Source: Octopus vulgaris
Lineage: Eukaryota
Length of the DNA stretch: 64,000 nt
Reading direction: 5' to 3'
NCBI GenBank assembly: GCA_951406725.2
Contig: OX597814.1
Span: 186,930,001 to 186,994,000 of the forward strand
Below, one piece after another: positions 36,345 through 48,815 of this stretch (its first letter is position 1; every line of letters starts with the position of its first letter). Position numbers and translations under genes: made by a program. Under the pieces are notes generated by a model that was not told the origin of the DNA, searched no databases, and was given only the letters and a program-made list of their open reading frames with translations.

Positions 36345-36915
36345 AAGAAATTAAAAAAGGAAAATACACACACTTACATAGTTTTAATATAATTTTTAAT
36401 ATATCGACCGGTTTCGCAATTGCTATTCATGATATTATGTTTTACTTATTTGAATATGTATTTTTTCTTAAGAAGAAATTTTGTCCATGTTGTGTGTGAT
36501 GAAATTCACAAGTGAATGACATCACAAGTAGATAAATAAAGGGAGGTAATTGGTTATTATTATTATTGTTGTGGGTAAGGGAGATAACTGTTCAGCTTTC
36601 AGTAACGGGAGGGGAATATATATGTACAGACAAAGACAAGTTTCGAAAACGTTGTTTAGTAGGGGATTTATGTACAGTGATGTAATCGTGAATTGAAATA
36701 TGTAAAAAGATAAAAGTTGGTTATGCATGCATATTAAGATGTGTTTTGTATTTTTCAATGAAAAAAGTTTCTTTATTTAAATGTTCTTGTTGAGAGATTG
36801 CGTCTTTGCACTGGTAGAAGGGGAAGACTGTGAAATTTGGTTTGATGTTATCTGCACATTTTTCTATATGTTTACTGAGAGGAATTTGCTTGTATTGCAG
36901 GAAATGGATTTGTTC
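36345..36915 (-). mobile_element. PLE 3' fragment (GIY-YIG C-terminus plus 3' UTR)
   Basis: Minus frame QYKQIPLSKHIEKCADNIKPNFTVFPFYQCKD...KETFFIEKYKTHLN aligns with the end of ORF 52982-54265. Confidence 0.8.
36401..36435 (-). ncRNA. minimal type I hammerhead ribozyme, A3-U8 variant
   Basis: ATATC ATGAATA GCAATTGC GAAA CCG GTC GATAT. Confidence 0.7.
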
Positions 36916-36920
36916 TTTAT

Positions 36921-37043
36921 GTGACTGAGACCTTTGGAGGTATGCTGTGCTTTAGAAGATCTGGCCAGTATAGCATAACTAGCCCATTTAAGAGTACCCT
37001 TCAATCATTGGGCCATAAATTGTGCTTCAGAAGACATCTTGAG
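36921..37043 (+). mobile_element. RTE 3' end fragment
   Basis: Similar to 30581-30710. Confidence 0.65.
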
Positions 37044-37053
37044 TTATGTACAT

Positions 37054-37086
<33 letters not shown>

Positions 37087-37114
37087 CATATATACATACA
37101 TACATATCATCATC

Positions 37115-37151
<37 letters not shown>

Positions 37152-37154
<3 letters not shown>

Positions 37155-37300
37155 TGATTGATTGATTCTAGTTTCAGCTCACGAGCTATGGCTATGCTGG
37201 GGCACCGCCATTTTGTTATAATTGTTGTTATTCATGTCACTGCCCAGAATCGAACTCTGAACCTTGAGGTTAGTAGCCTGCACTCTTAACCACTATGCCA
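37152..37300 (-). mobile_element. short tRNA-derived SINE (third family)
   Basis: A box TGGCATAGTGG, B box GAGTTCGATTC, (AATC)n tail; tail also at 32868-32930. Confidence 0.65.
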
Positions 37301-37339
37301 TATATATATATATATATATATATCCATATATTCTTTTAT

Positions 37340-37725
37340 TCTTTCTTTTACTTGTTTCAGTTATTTGACTGTGGCCATGCTGGGGAACCACCTTTAGTCG
37401 AGCAAATTGACCCCAGGACTTATTCTTTGTAAGCCTAGTACTTATTCTATCGGTCTCTTTTGCTGAACTGCTAAGTTATGGGGATGTAAACACACTAACA
37501 TCAGTTGCCAAGTGATGTTGTGGGGTGGGGGTGGGGGCAGATTCACACACACACACACACACAAATATATGATAGGTTTCTTTCAATTTCTGTTTACCAA
37601 ATGCACTCACAAGACTTTGGTCGAGTCAAGGCTATAGTAAAAGACACTTGCCTCAGGTGTCATGCAGTGGGGCTGAACCCGGAACCATGTGATCGGGAAG
37701 CAAGCTACTTACGACACAGCGACTC
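37340..37725 (-). mobile_element. SINE family B
   Basis: Matches 9262-9665. Confidence 0.8.
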
Positions 37726-37837
37726 CGATACCTATCTATATTTTCATGTATATATATATATATGGGAATATAAATATATTTGGATACATATATGGAAATG
37801 TGTGTGTGTATGTATATGTATATATATATATATGTAT

Positions 37838-38272
37838 ACACGGAGAATTCACAAAAAAAAAGACAAAGATAGGCGGTAAAGATGTATTAGTATAATGCTC
37901 AGGAAGTGAAAAAATCTTTAATGTTTTGAGCCTTCGCTCTTCCACAGAAAGGAACACAGAAAGAAACAAGGAGAGAAAATATAGAATGTATAGTGGCTAG
38001 CAATCTATCATGGTATCTGTAAATATAATGTGACAAATATTCGGTCACATATTATATTTACAAATAAATACAGATAGACCGTTAGCTCCTACACGCAATT
38101 TTTTCTTTCCTTGTTTCTCTCCTTGTTTCTTTTCTGTGTATCTTTCTGTTGAAGAGCATAGGCTCGAAACGTAAAAGACTTGTTCTATTTCTATTCCTGA
38201 GAGCCATACTAATACATTTGTTTGTTTGTACTCCACCTGCCTTCGTCTGTTTATTTTCGTAAACCTTCCCAT
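37838..38272. mobile_element. two oppositely oriented PLE terminal remnants with hammerhead motifs
   Basis: Plus 38141-38178 TCTTT CTGTTGA A GAGC ATAG GCTC GAAA C GTA AAAGA; decayed minus copy at 37915-37952. Confidence 0.6.
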
Positions 38273-38289
38273 TATATATATATATATAT

Positions 38290-39229
38290 ATATATATATA
38301 CGGCAGTTTGTCTGTCTGTGTGTCTGTCAAGTTGTACCCTCACCCTGACCACGGCTTTCAACCGATTCTGATGAAACTTGACACACACATAGCCCAATGT
38401 CATAATTCAAAACTAACGCAGCGAAAATTTTGAAAAGTTCCCCCAGTTCTGAAAAAAATCGATAAATTCGACATGGGGTCGAGAATCAGAAACACAAACC
38501 GTCTAGGGGACGCAACTCGACCTTTTTAACTCTCAACTCCATCAATATCCAGCTACTTGAAGCTATTCCTGGTGATGTCCACGTCTACAAATCTATTGAT
38601 AGGACAGCAGACCCCGCCGAGCTTGCCGATTATCCTGTTGAATTCCTGAATTCCCTTGAACTGCCAGGCCTGCCGCCACACATCCTGAAGTTAAAAGTCG
38701 GTGCGCCCATTATGCTCATCAGGAATTTGGTTCCAACTAAACAGTGCAACGGCACACGTCTGGTTGTGAAACATTTGCCACCACATTTAATAACGGCTAC
38801 AATACTTACCGGTTGTGGGAAGGGAGAGGACGTCTTCATTCCACGCATGCACCTTCAACCGTTGGGCGCTGACCTACCAATCCACTTCAGGTGTTCTCAG
38901 TTTCCTGTTAAACTCTGCTTCGCACTGTCCATCAATAAATCCCAAGGCCAAATGCTACAAGTCGCTGGGTTACAGTTGGGCGAACAGTGCTTCGCCCACG
39001 GTCAACTCTACGTGGGCTGTTCACGCGTTGGGAGGCGCAATGATGTTTTCATGTTTTTGCCCAAAGGGACTGCTAGGAACATTGTATACACAGAAGTATT
39101 CGAGTGAAGAGAAGACATTGCAACCTACACATGCGCCTTCCTTCCCTAGAGGGAAAGGACTAGATTGGGATTAGTCGTTGCCTACTAGGGGCTCTTACAT
39201 ACCTGGGCAACGCCGGGCTATGCTGCTAG
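38290..39229 (+). mobile_element. internally deleted Helitron
   Basis: Helicase fragment, hairpin CCTGGGCAACGCCGGG, CTAG|T end. Confidence 0.85.
38541..39107 (+). pseudogene. Helitron PIF1-like helicase, C-terminal fragment
   Basis: YPVEFLNSLELPGLPPHILKLKVGAPIMLIRNL, CNGTRL, QFPVKLCFALSINKSQGQ, HGQLYVGCSRV. Confidence 0.9.
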
Positions 39230-39242
39230 TATATATATATAT

Positions 39243-39638
39243 ATATCTATGAAATATTTAGAAATTTAATATTTCTGATTTTGGTAATCAGTGAATAAAC
39301 TTCACTGAAAATTAGATATATATATTTATGAAGTCGGGACAGATATCTGCGGCTGGCGGGCGTCTGCTACTCTAGACCGATGATGGACAAAGATCCTGAA
39401 ACATGCGTGTCTCTAGATGCAGGCCTGGCTGCTGTGGGTATTTGTCTCCTCTTCGTAAATATATAAGGACACAGGAAAAATTGTGTCGAAGCCATCAGGA
39501 GGCGTCAATGCTTCCTAGGGCTAAACAGCAGTGGTGTAATCCCCTACTGTCACATTAAATTGACAGTATACAACCATTCTATCACCCCACCACCATACAT
39601 ATCTCTATGAGATATTTAGAAATTTAATATTTCTGATT
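39243..39638 (+). mobile_element. ~360 bp unit with terminal direct repeats (pLTR/retrozyme-like)
   Basis: ~37 bp repeat CTATGA.ATATTTAGAAATTTAATATTTCTGATT at both ends, hammerhead inside, (TA)n flanks. Confidence 0.6.
39371..39417 (+). ncRNA. type I hammerhead ribozyme (U4C)
   Basis: TCTAGA CCGATGA TGGA CAAAGA TCCT GAAA CATGCGT GTC TCTAGA. Confidence 0.7.
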
Positions 39639-39696
39639 ATGTATATATATATAGCAATAATAATTCTCTAAAAGAGATATAGACAGTAACTGCTCG

Positions 39697-39980
39697 ATAA
39701 CATAAGGGACTAAAGCCATCTGAATATGGCTAGGGACAGGGCAGGGTGGTGGGGGTGTTACTGTTGCATTTAGCCCCAGGCGAACATCGACGTCACCAGA
39801 AAGGCCCGACACCGTCACGGTGTCCTTTAACCTCTCCCTTTGCAGGTTAAAGGACACCGTGACGGTGTCGGGCCTTTCTGGTGACGTCGATGTTCGCCTG
39901 GGGCTAAATGCAACAGTAACACCCCCACCACCCTGCCCTGTCCCTAGCCATATTCAGATGGCTTTAGTCCCTTATGTTAT
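39697..39980. repeat. perfect 137 bp inverted repeat with 10 nt spacer
   Basis: Arms 39697-39833 and 39844-39980 are exact reverse complements. Confidence 0.95.
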
Positions 39981-40147
39981 ATATATATATATATATATAT
40001 ACAGTTATAGATATACAGACATATATTATGTTTGTGTTTATGTATATATATACATATACAGATACACACACACACATATATATGGATATAGATATACATA
40101 CATATGGATATATATATATGTATGTATATATGTGTATATCTATAGAT

Positions 40148-40195
<48 letters not shown>

Positions 40196-40200
<5 letters not shown>

Positions 40201-41225
40201 GTCATCCCAGAAGTTCTGCCCGATTTTACATTTTTAAAAATTGAATGAAATTTAATAGTATTTTAGAATGTATAATGGAATAAGTTTTTTATGCATTTGT
40301 GTACATTTAAACTAATTAAATATCATTTTACAGAATAATAGAATTAAAATTTCTTTGATTAAAACCCTTTCTAACATGGAAGTATCCAAAGAGCATTTGA
40401 GGCACATAATGCTTTATGAGTACGAAAAAAGAAACTCTGCAGCTGAAGCGACTCGAAACATACATTTTATGGGAAAGAATGCTTGAATGAAAGAACTTGC
40501 AGAAGATGTTTTGCAAAATTCAGAAGTGGAGATTTCAGCCTTGAAGATGAAGATCGAACAGGACGTCCAGTTGAGTTTGGCTCCTTGAGGCATTACTTGA
40601 AGAAAATCTTGCATTATTAATTGAAGAATTGGCAATAAAGCTTATTTCAAACCATACAACTGTTCATCGTCATCTTCAGCAACTTGGAAAGGTTCCTAAA
40701 CTTGGAGAATGGGTGCCTCATGAATTGTCCGAAAGCAACCGCAAATCCCAAGTTGATATCTGCTCTTCTCCCCATTCTCGTGAACTCATTTCACCCTTTT
40801 TTTAACAGACTTGTGACTGGTGATGAAAAATGGATTTTCTATTGTAATGTGAAATGTCGTAAACAGTGGTTTGGTAAAAGGGAAGAAACTCGACCACAAC
40901 CGAGAAGGGAACTTCATGAGAAAAAGGTTCTTCTCTTATCTGGTGGGACTGCAAGGGAGTAATTCACTATGAATTGTTACTACCTAATGCAACAAATCAA
41001 TGCTCAAGTCTACTGTCAGCAATTAGAGTGTTTGAACCAAACTTTGAAGAAAAAAACCCACTTTAGTGAATCGAAAAGGAGTGATGTTTCATCAGGACAA
41101 TGCGCAACCCTACACTGCAAAGATCACATCACAGAAGATCAAAGAGCTTCGTTGGGACAAAATTCCTCATCCACCTTATTCTCCTGACCTTGCTCCTTCA
41201 GACTAGCATTTGTTTCGTAGTTTAC
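40196..41225 (+). mobile_element. decayed mariner, 3' truncated
   Basis: MEVSKEHLRHIMLYEY, WVPHEL, VTGDEKW, FHQDNA, HPPYSPDLAPSD. Confidence 0.88.
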
Positions 41226-41550
41226 ACATGTGTAGGTAGACACACAACAGGCAGGCACTCCTATCAAAATTCTTATTATAACTACTTCCTGTAACCTTAA
41301 ACAGTACTAAGCCCAACCACACACATAGATAAACAGCCACAACCGCTATCATACGTGCTATCATTACACACACACACACAGACCTGCATGCATGCACATA
41401 CACATACTTCCTTCTCTTGCACCCTCCTGTCTTTGAAAGAATTTTTACGTCACCCATTTCCTTCCGGTCATTTCAATATGTGACCGCATGTGTATCGTTG
41501 GCGATTTTCTTTCTCCGTCTTCCCTTCCTTGGACTTTTCCTTTTTTCCAT

Positions 41551-41585
41551 ATTTCTGATGAAGAGCTCCGTTTGAAACATTAAAT
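41551..41585 (+). ncRNA. decayed minimal hammerhead
   Basis: ATTT CTGATGA A GAGC TCC GTTT GAAA C ATT AAAT. Confidence 0.55.
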
Positions 41586-41679
41586 CCTCCTTCTGTCTTT
41601 CCTTTCCTGAGTATCCAATAACACTATACTTGTTCCACCTCCTCGCATTATTGTGTTTTCTCTTTTTTCATGTTTGTAT

Positions 41680-41746
<67 letters not shown>

Positions 41747-41754
41747 GGAGAGAG

Positions 41755-41980
41755 AGAAATGGTAAGACAACAAAAGAATGAAAGAGACCTCGATATTACG
41801 TAAATAGAGGAGTTTATCTGTAAATGTAATATGTGACACTTATTCGGTAGCCATAAGATTCCAATAGCATTTTGCCGAAGGCCGGTTAACTGAAGAGATG
41901 GCAGCGTGGATTTCCATCCCAACATCCGAAACTCAGACTTTTATCATGGCTACTGAATAATTGTCACATATTACATTTAC

Positions 41981-41985
<5 letters not shown>
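41755..41985. mobile_element. foldback PLE-type remnant with hammerhead-like core in the loop
   Basis: Arms ~41815-41856 / 41941-41985; CTGAAGA GATGG...CATCC GAAACTC between them. Confidence 0.55.
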
Positions 41986-42019
<34 letters not shown>

Positions 42020-42067
42020 CATACATATATGCTTACATATATGTATATTTATGCATATGCATATTTA

Positions 42068-42116
<49 letters not shown>

Positions 42117-42161
42117 ATACACATATATGCTTATATATACATGTGTATATATATGAATATT

Positions 42162-42193
<32 letters not shown>

Positions 42194-42269
42194 TATTTGT
42201 GCATATATATATATATATCCATATGCATATATATACATGCATATATATATCCATATGCATATATAAAAA

Positions 42270-42307
<38 letters not shown>

Positions 42308-43484
42308 CATACATACATACATATATATACACATACACACATATATATATGCACATATATATACATATGAATACATCTATACATATGTGTATATGCATTT
42401 ATATACGTATACATCTATCTATCCATATATATAGATTTAGATAAATAGATAGATAGATGTAGGTAGAGAGAGAGAGAGAGTGATGTCTGTATGTGAGCAT
42501 TAGTTGTAGTTCTCTGACTTTGTTATTTGTGTTTACAGCTTATGGAATTTGTAGAATATTTTCTCATGATAAAAGCAAAAGTATTTTCTCCCTACCCCAG
42601 TTACACTCCCTCTCTTTCTCCTACTTTCGTTTTCTTTCTCTTTCTCCCTCCTCTCTCTGTATATAATACATCTATATACACATACATACAAAACACAGAC
42701 TTTCTAGCACACACACGGAGACACATGCACAGACACACACACACACTCACATGCATAAATGCACACACATACACACACATACACATACATATATCCATGT
42801 ATACAGACACACACACACACACATATATATTACCTTTTATGTTCATAAATACATTGCCTTCTATCCAATGAGTATATACGAATCATTCTACAATAGCTAC
42901 AGTGCTAGAAATTTCTAGACTTCTGCATATATTGGAATGATTTTTATATGTTTATATGATAGTTGGTATGTTTTTGTAAACAAAAGTGATAATATACAAG
43001 AATTAACAATGTCCCCCCACTACCACCCAAGAGAACTGGGCTGCATGGTGACTCCTTGAGCAAGGCATCTTCTTTGACGGCGCTCCAGTTATCTCGGCTG
43101 AAAATAAATACCATCCCAGTGCTGGTGCACTCCTCTCTTCTTTCACCTATCACATCCTGGTTGTTCTGCTGGCTCATGGGTGGGAGAGCCAAGGGGTGTC
43201 TGTGTCTACACATGACTACATATGCACCTAAAATGATTTAGCAAAAGTTTGGTACATGCTACTCGGTAATACTTCTGACTGGCAGCTTTGCACATCATAA
43301 TACACTCACGCATGTACACACACACGCACACATATTGTTATACTTGAGGACAGTCGGCTTTTTTTCCAATTAACAAACAATTAGCAAAATATGGCCATCC
43401 CCAAGTATAACAATATCTGTTTCAACATGTTTTCATATCAAGGATCGTTCAAAACAAATACAGAAACACGTGTGTATATATATG

Positions 43485-43532
<48 letters not shown>

Positions 43533-43748
43533 TGTGTGTGTGTGTGTGTGAGTGTGTGTGTGTGTGTGTGTCTGCTTAGTCCTGACTGTTGCAAAAAAGA
43601 GTACTCGGTACCTTTGTAGAGATTAATCTATTTTATTTTGATCAAGTCAGGACTAATCTGACTTGTGAGTGTCTGTATGTGTGTGTATATGTGTGTGTAT
43701 GCACGAATATATATATACACACATATTTACATACATACATTCATACAG

Positions 43749-43786
<38 letters not shown>

Positions 43787-44217
43787 TAGTCCTGTTACTT
43801 TGAGTTTTCATCATCATCATTGTTCGACTGTGGTCAAGACAATGGAATTTACCATGAGTTTTACTTGTGGGTGATCAGGGTCTAGCGGCAAGTTATTTAT
43901 AATACATTAAAAATGAAGTTCAATCTTGCTTGCTTGCAATGTTACACAGCTAATCTGGCATGTAATGGGAAAATACTTTCAAAGTATTTTCCTGAAATGT
44001 GAATATAAACAGAATAAAACAAGTTTCACATAAATCGGACCAGTGGTTATCAAGATATTCGGGGTTTAGGTTATAAGTACCCCAAACGGTGCATGATGGG
44101 AAAATATTCCAAAAATAACTTAACTCTGAAAGGGAAGAAACTCTAAGCTTTCTATTAGACACATTATGATGGACTAAATATTTCAAAGTGAAAATGACTT
44201 TAAAAATACAGTAAATA

Positions 44218-45856
44218 TCTCTTATTATAAAAGGCAGATTTTATCTGCCTCCCTTTGGGAGTTATACAAATCTACAATATAGGATTTCTTCAATTACAAT
44301 TTACCTAGCATTTTTAACAGTACAATGCATCGCGTCATGCCAGGTCCAGTTTTTAAAATTTAAACTCCAATTAAGCAAAATTTACAGAAAACTCACATTC
44401 TGGTGTGTGTGTCAAATGCTTTTCTTAGTCTGGTTTACACCACACGCAAACGCACACACACAGTGGGCAACGAATAAAATGAAAGTAAATAGCGACAGAG
44501 TGATTTGAAGAAGACTAAAGTGAAAGTATTCTGTCTATGACGCTGATAGATACATGAGTAAAATGTATCTCTTATTATAAAAGGCAGATTTTATCTGCCT
44601 CCCTTTGGGAGTTATACAAATCTACAATATAGGATTTCTTCAATTAAAATTTACCTAGCAGTTTTAAGAGTACAATGCATCGCGTCATGCCAGGTCCAGT
44701 TTTTAAAATTTAAACTCCAATTAAGCAAAATTTACAGAAAACTCACATTCTGGTGTGTGTGTCAAATGCTTTTCTTAGTCTGGTTTACACCACACGCAAA
44801 CGCACACACACAGTGGGCAACGAATAAAATGAAAGTAAATGTAATATTTGTTTCTGTCTATCACGCTGATAGATACATGAGTAAAATGTATGGGAAGCTA
44901 ACAGATAACAGTGAGTGAAAATGTTCTTGGAAGAGAGTAAATTAGCGACAGTGATTTGAGGAAGACTAAACTGAAACTATGAAACAGTGTTTATGTATAA
45001 ACAGACGACACTTATATAAACCCTTTCGTTACCAAACCGCCCGAATTTACCTATTCATATTTAAATGAGAATATCAGAGTAAATCTCTTTAGTACATTCG
45101 TGAAAACACGTATTATACTTCGTAAACACTTCAAATACAGTTTTGTACAAAAATCGAAGTGTAATTTTAATTCCGTGAATTATGGGAGATTTTTTTCCGA
45201 AATTTGTTCCTATTGTGTTTTCAAAATTTGTAATTCTGATAAAAAATGGATACGAATTTCATTATATCAAGCAGCGAGTCAGAATTCGAAGGATTTTCTA
45301 CTGAAGACCTTCATAAATCTAACTCTATGACTGAAAAAAAAAAGCATCTTTATATAAGAGTGAAGTTGTGTGTCTGTCCCCTTCGATTTACATTCGTAAT
45401 TACTCCCACATTTTGCGGTGCAGTTTAACCAAAAGCGGGTATCTTATAGTCGTGATTCATATCGAGCCCTTCTGGGTATTAGCGCGCGTCTACGATGAGT
45501 CTACGATTTTAAAAAAATTTACCATCATATTTTTCCATTTTAATGCATTTTTTTCGCTTTTATATAAGGGAAGTAACTCTCTAAAAATATCTACGATGTG
45601 TCAACGATTTAAAAAAAATTTACCTTAATTTTTTTTCAATTTTTAATGCATTTTTTTTGCTATTTTTTGGCTATAACTCTCTAAAAATGCTTATATAGTT
45701 ATTTCCCTTACAACCCGAGCAACGCCGGGCGATACTGCTAGTGGGAAGCTAAGAGCTAAGAGTGAGTGAAAATGTTCTTGGAAGAGAGTAAATAGCGAGA
45801 GAGAGAGTGATTTGACGAAGACTTTACATTAAATAACCGTAGTGGCTTGTGTTAGT
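44218..45856 (+). mobile_element. non-autonomous Helitron (outer copy)
   Basis: A|TCTCTTATTATAAAAGG start; sequence resumes at 45742 after the nested copy; 3' end uncertain. Confidence 0.6.
44568..45741 (+). mobile_element. composite Helitron nested at an A|T site of its own family
   Basis: TC start, second 5' end at 45347, CCCGAGCAACGCCGGG hairpin, CTAG|T end; unbroken site AAAATGTA|TGGGAAGC visible at 44883-44898. Confidence 0.75.
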
Positions 45857-45906
45857 AATAAAGTAAACATACACTCATACATACATACATACATACATAC
45901 ATACAT

Positions 45907-45946
<40 letters not shown>

Positions 45947-46246
45947 ACATACACACACACATACATACATACACACATACATACATACATACATATACAT
46001 ACATACATACATATACATACATACATACACACACACACACATACACACACACACAGTATTGAAGCTTGAGAACAATCAGATACATTTGCAACACATCTGT
46101 TGAAAATATTATTGTTCACACACATACATATACATATATACATACAGACAGACAGACAGATAGACACACACACACACACATGATCCAGCATGGCCACAAC
46201 CTCAAGGCTGAAACATATAAAAGAATAACAGAATATAAATGTGTGC

Positions 46247-46600
46247 AAAGTACAAGAAATATTAATGCAGTATATGGGGATTGGACAATAAGCGTAAGGC
46301 AGTGTCAATGGTGGTTCCAGAAATCCCGAGCCATAAACTACAGCCTAGAAGACGAGCCTCATCCTGAAAGATCTGTAGAACTCGACAAGGACATCCTGAA
46401 AACCCTGGTGGAACAAAATCTCATCGTAACTGTTGAGGAACTAGCAGAGAAGCTTGGATTTGGTCATTCAACCATTCATTGACACCTGTGTGCTATCGGA
46501 AAAGTCAGCAAATTGGGTCAATGGGTTCCTCACGAACTTTCCGAGTCTAATTGCATGCAGAGAGTGAATGTATGCTTTTCTTTGCTGTCACATCTCACCA
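46247..46600 (+). mobile_element. mariner transposase N-terminal fragment
   Basis: RNINAVYGDWTISVRQCQWWFQK, GQWVPHELS. Confidence 0.75.
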
Positions 46601-46617
46601 CTACTGCGCTATGTATA

Positions 46618-47252
46618 TCTATATATATAAAACTGTAGTTGTGTGAGTGTCTGTCCCCTTCGATTTAGATTCCTAACTACTCCCACATTTTGCGGTGCAG
46701 TTTAACCAAATTCGGGTAGCTTATAGTCGTGATTCATATCGAGCCCGTCTGAATATTAGCGCGCGTCTACGATGAGTCTACGATTTTAAAAATAATTTAA
46801 CATCATTTTTTATTCCATTTTAATGCATAATTTTTCGTGTGTCGATGGTGGCGGAGTTGGCATCCACGCTCACACCTGCACCTGTGGGGAAGGGAGTGTA
46901 AGGAAATCAGCGTCGTAATGCGTTGTCAAGGAGACCAGTGTTCTTTTAGAACAACGACTTCATGGCTTGAAGACACCAAAACAGAAATGGCTAAGAAAGC
47001 GTCTACATGAGTCTACGATTTAAAAAAAATTTACCATCGTTTTTTTTCCATTTTAATGCATTTTTTCGCTATTATATAAGGGAAGTAACTCTCTAAAAAT
47101 GTCTACGATGAGTCAACGATTTAAAAAAAATTTACCATCATATTTTTTCCATTTTTAATGCATTTTTTGCTATTTTTTGGCTATAACTCTCTAAAAATGC
47201 TTATATAGTTATTTCCCTTACAAACCCGAGCAACGCCGGGCGATACTGCTAG
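46618..47252 (+). mobile_element. non-autonomous Helitron
   Basis: TCTATATATATAAAA start, internal TCTACGATGAGTC repeats, hairpin and CTAG|T end; homologous to 45347-45741. Confidence 0.8.
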
Positions 47253-47699
47253 TTTTGTATAAGTCTTGTTTGTAACCTTGGTATGAAATAGTTTTTTCCA
47301 TAGGTTTCTTTTGAGTGCATCCAACATACCTCACCTCCAAAGATTTGGCTGCTGTTTCTAGCACATAACAGCTATTTACAATAAAGGACCCAAAATACCT
47401 GATATGTGGTAACAGAGCATGCAAGAAATAGCAGCCAAATCTTTCCTTTTCTGGGGAAAGGAGCCATTTATGTGTGATTTTGATGTCACGTTTGTTGAAA
47501 GCATGTGAAATAACATGGAAAAAACAAAAAAACCCATGAAACAAAACTCTGTTACAGGGAAACTCAGACTTCCCCAGGGACCCAACAGGTCTAGTAACTA
47601 TATATATATATATACTGAGCTATGAAAGAAACATTGCAGTGTAAAAGATTATTTGTTTCACATACAGTATTGAGATTATATGGATTTCATCATATTTCT

Positions 47700-48560
47700 A
47701 GGTAACTGCACATCAAGATCACCAACAGCACTTGCAGGACTGATTCCAAAGAGCAACAGAATCAACCAGACAGATCATAGGGACTCACCACAGACCCATT
47801 TGTGCAGAGAAAGTTTGCTGCTGGTTGAGATCTTTCAATCTGTCTTATTGACATCCAGCTAGGGGCCCCATCCTCACAGATTGTCATCAACAGGCATGTC
47901 TGCAGTAGGCTCAAAAATGTCAGAACTGGAAATATCAGTAGAGGAGGACTGCAGTTATCTCTGATGAAAGTTGGTATTGTATTTCTATGGTAGATGGCCA
48001 AGCTAGGGTTTTGAAAAGAAGAGGTGAATGCCATGCTGATGGCTGTGGAATGGAGAGAGACTCATGGGGAGGACAGAGCATTTTGGTATGGAGTAGGATT
48101 GCACTCAATCAGAAACTTGGACTGGTGATCTTCCAAGACATCAGCCAAACCTGGGGCAATGGAATAACCGCTATTTGCTATATTGACCAAGTGCCTCACA
48201 TTGTGTCATACTTAGCCCATCAACGGAATCACATACTCCAACACGACAATTCTCATGCCCATACTGCCAGGTTAACAACAGACTTCCTCCAACAGCACAA
48301 TATCCAGTCACTGCCATGGCCTGCCCTAAGTCTGGACTTGAACCCCATAGAGCACCTGTGGGATGAGATCCAAAGAAGGCAAAATGACATCTATCTAAGG
48401 CCGACAACTGTAGAACAACTGCAAGTTTTAACTGATGTGGGCTGCTAACCCCATGACCTTCATCAATCGTTTGGTGTATTCAATGTTCAGAAGATGCTTA
48501 GTGGTAATCAACACTGATGATGATCACACGAGATATTGAGTTCATCTCTCTAGATCCAGG
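47700..48560 (+). mobile_element. decayed Tc1 transposase
   Basis: LQHDNSHAHTAR, WPALSLDLNPIEHLW. Confidence 0.8.
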
Positions 48561-48708
48561 ACACTTCATCATCATGTGGCACCATGTGATATCAAACGTT
48601 TCAAGAAATGATGTTTTATCATTAGGAAAGAAAGGTTTCTTAATTAACATTTTTCAATCAATGCTATGACAGTCTGTTAATAAATTGGTTTCTTTTGTGG
48701 TTCAGTCA

Positions 48709-48764
<56 letters not shown>

Positions 48765-48815
48765 TTATGTATATATATGTATTTATTTGTATGCATATAT
48801 ACATATATGTATATA

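Noticed and set aside
38541-39107. Host PIF1 helicase gene
   Set aside because: Intronless fragment ending just before a Helitron hairpin and CTAG terminus.
39624-40200. Pair of identical proteins on opposite strands
   Set aside because: Trivial consequence of the perfect palindrome.
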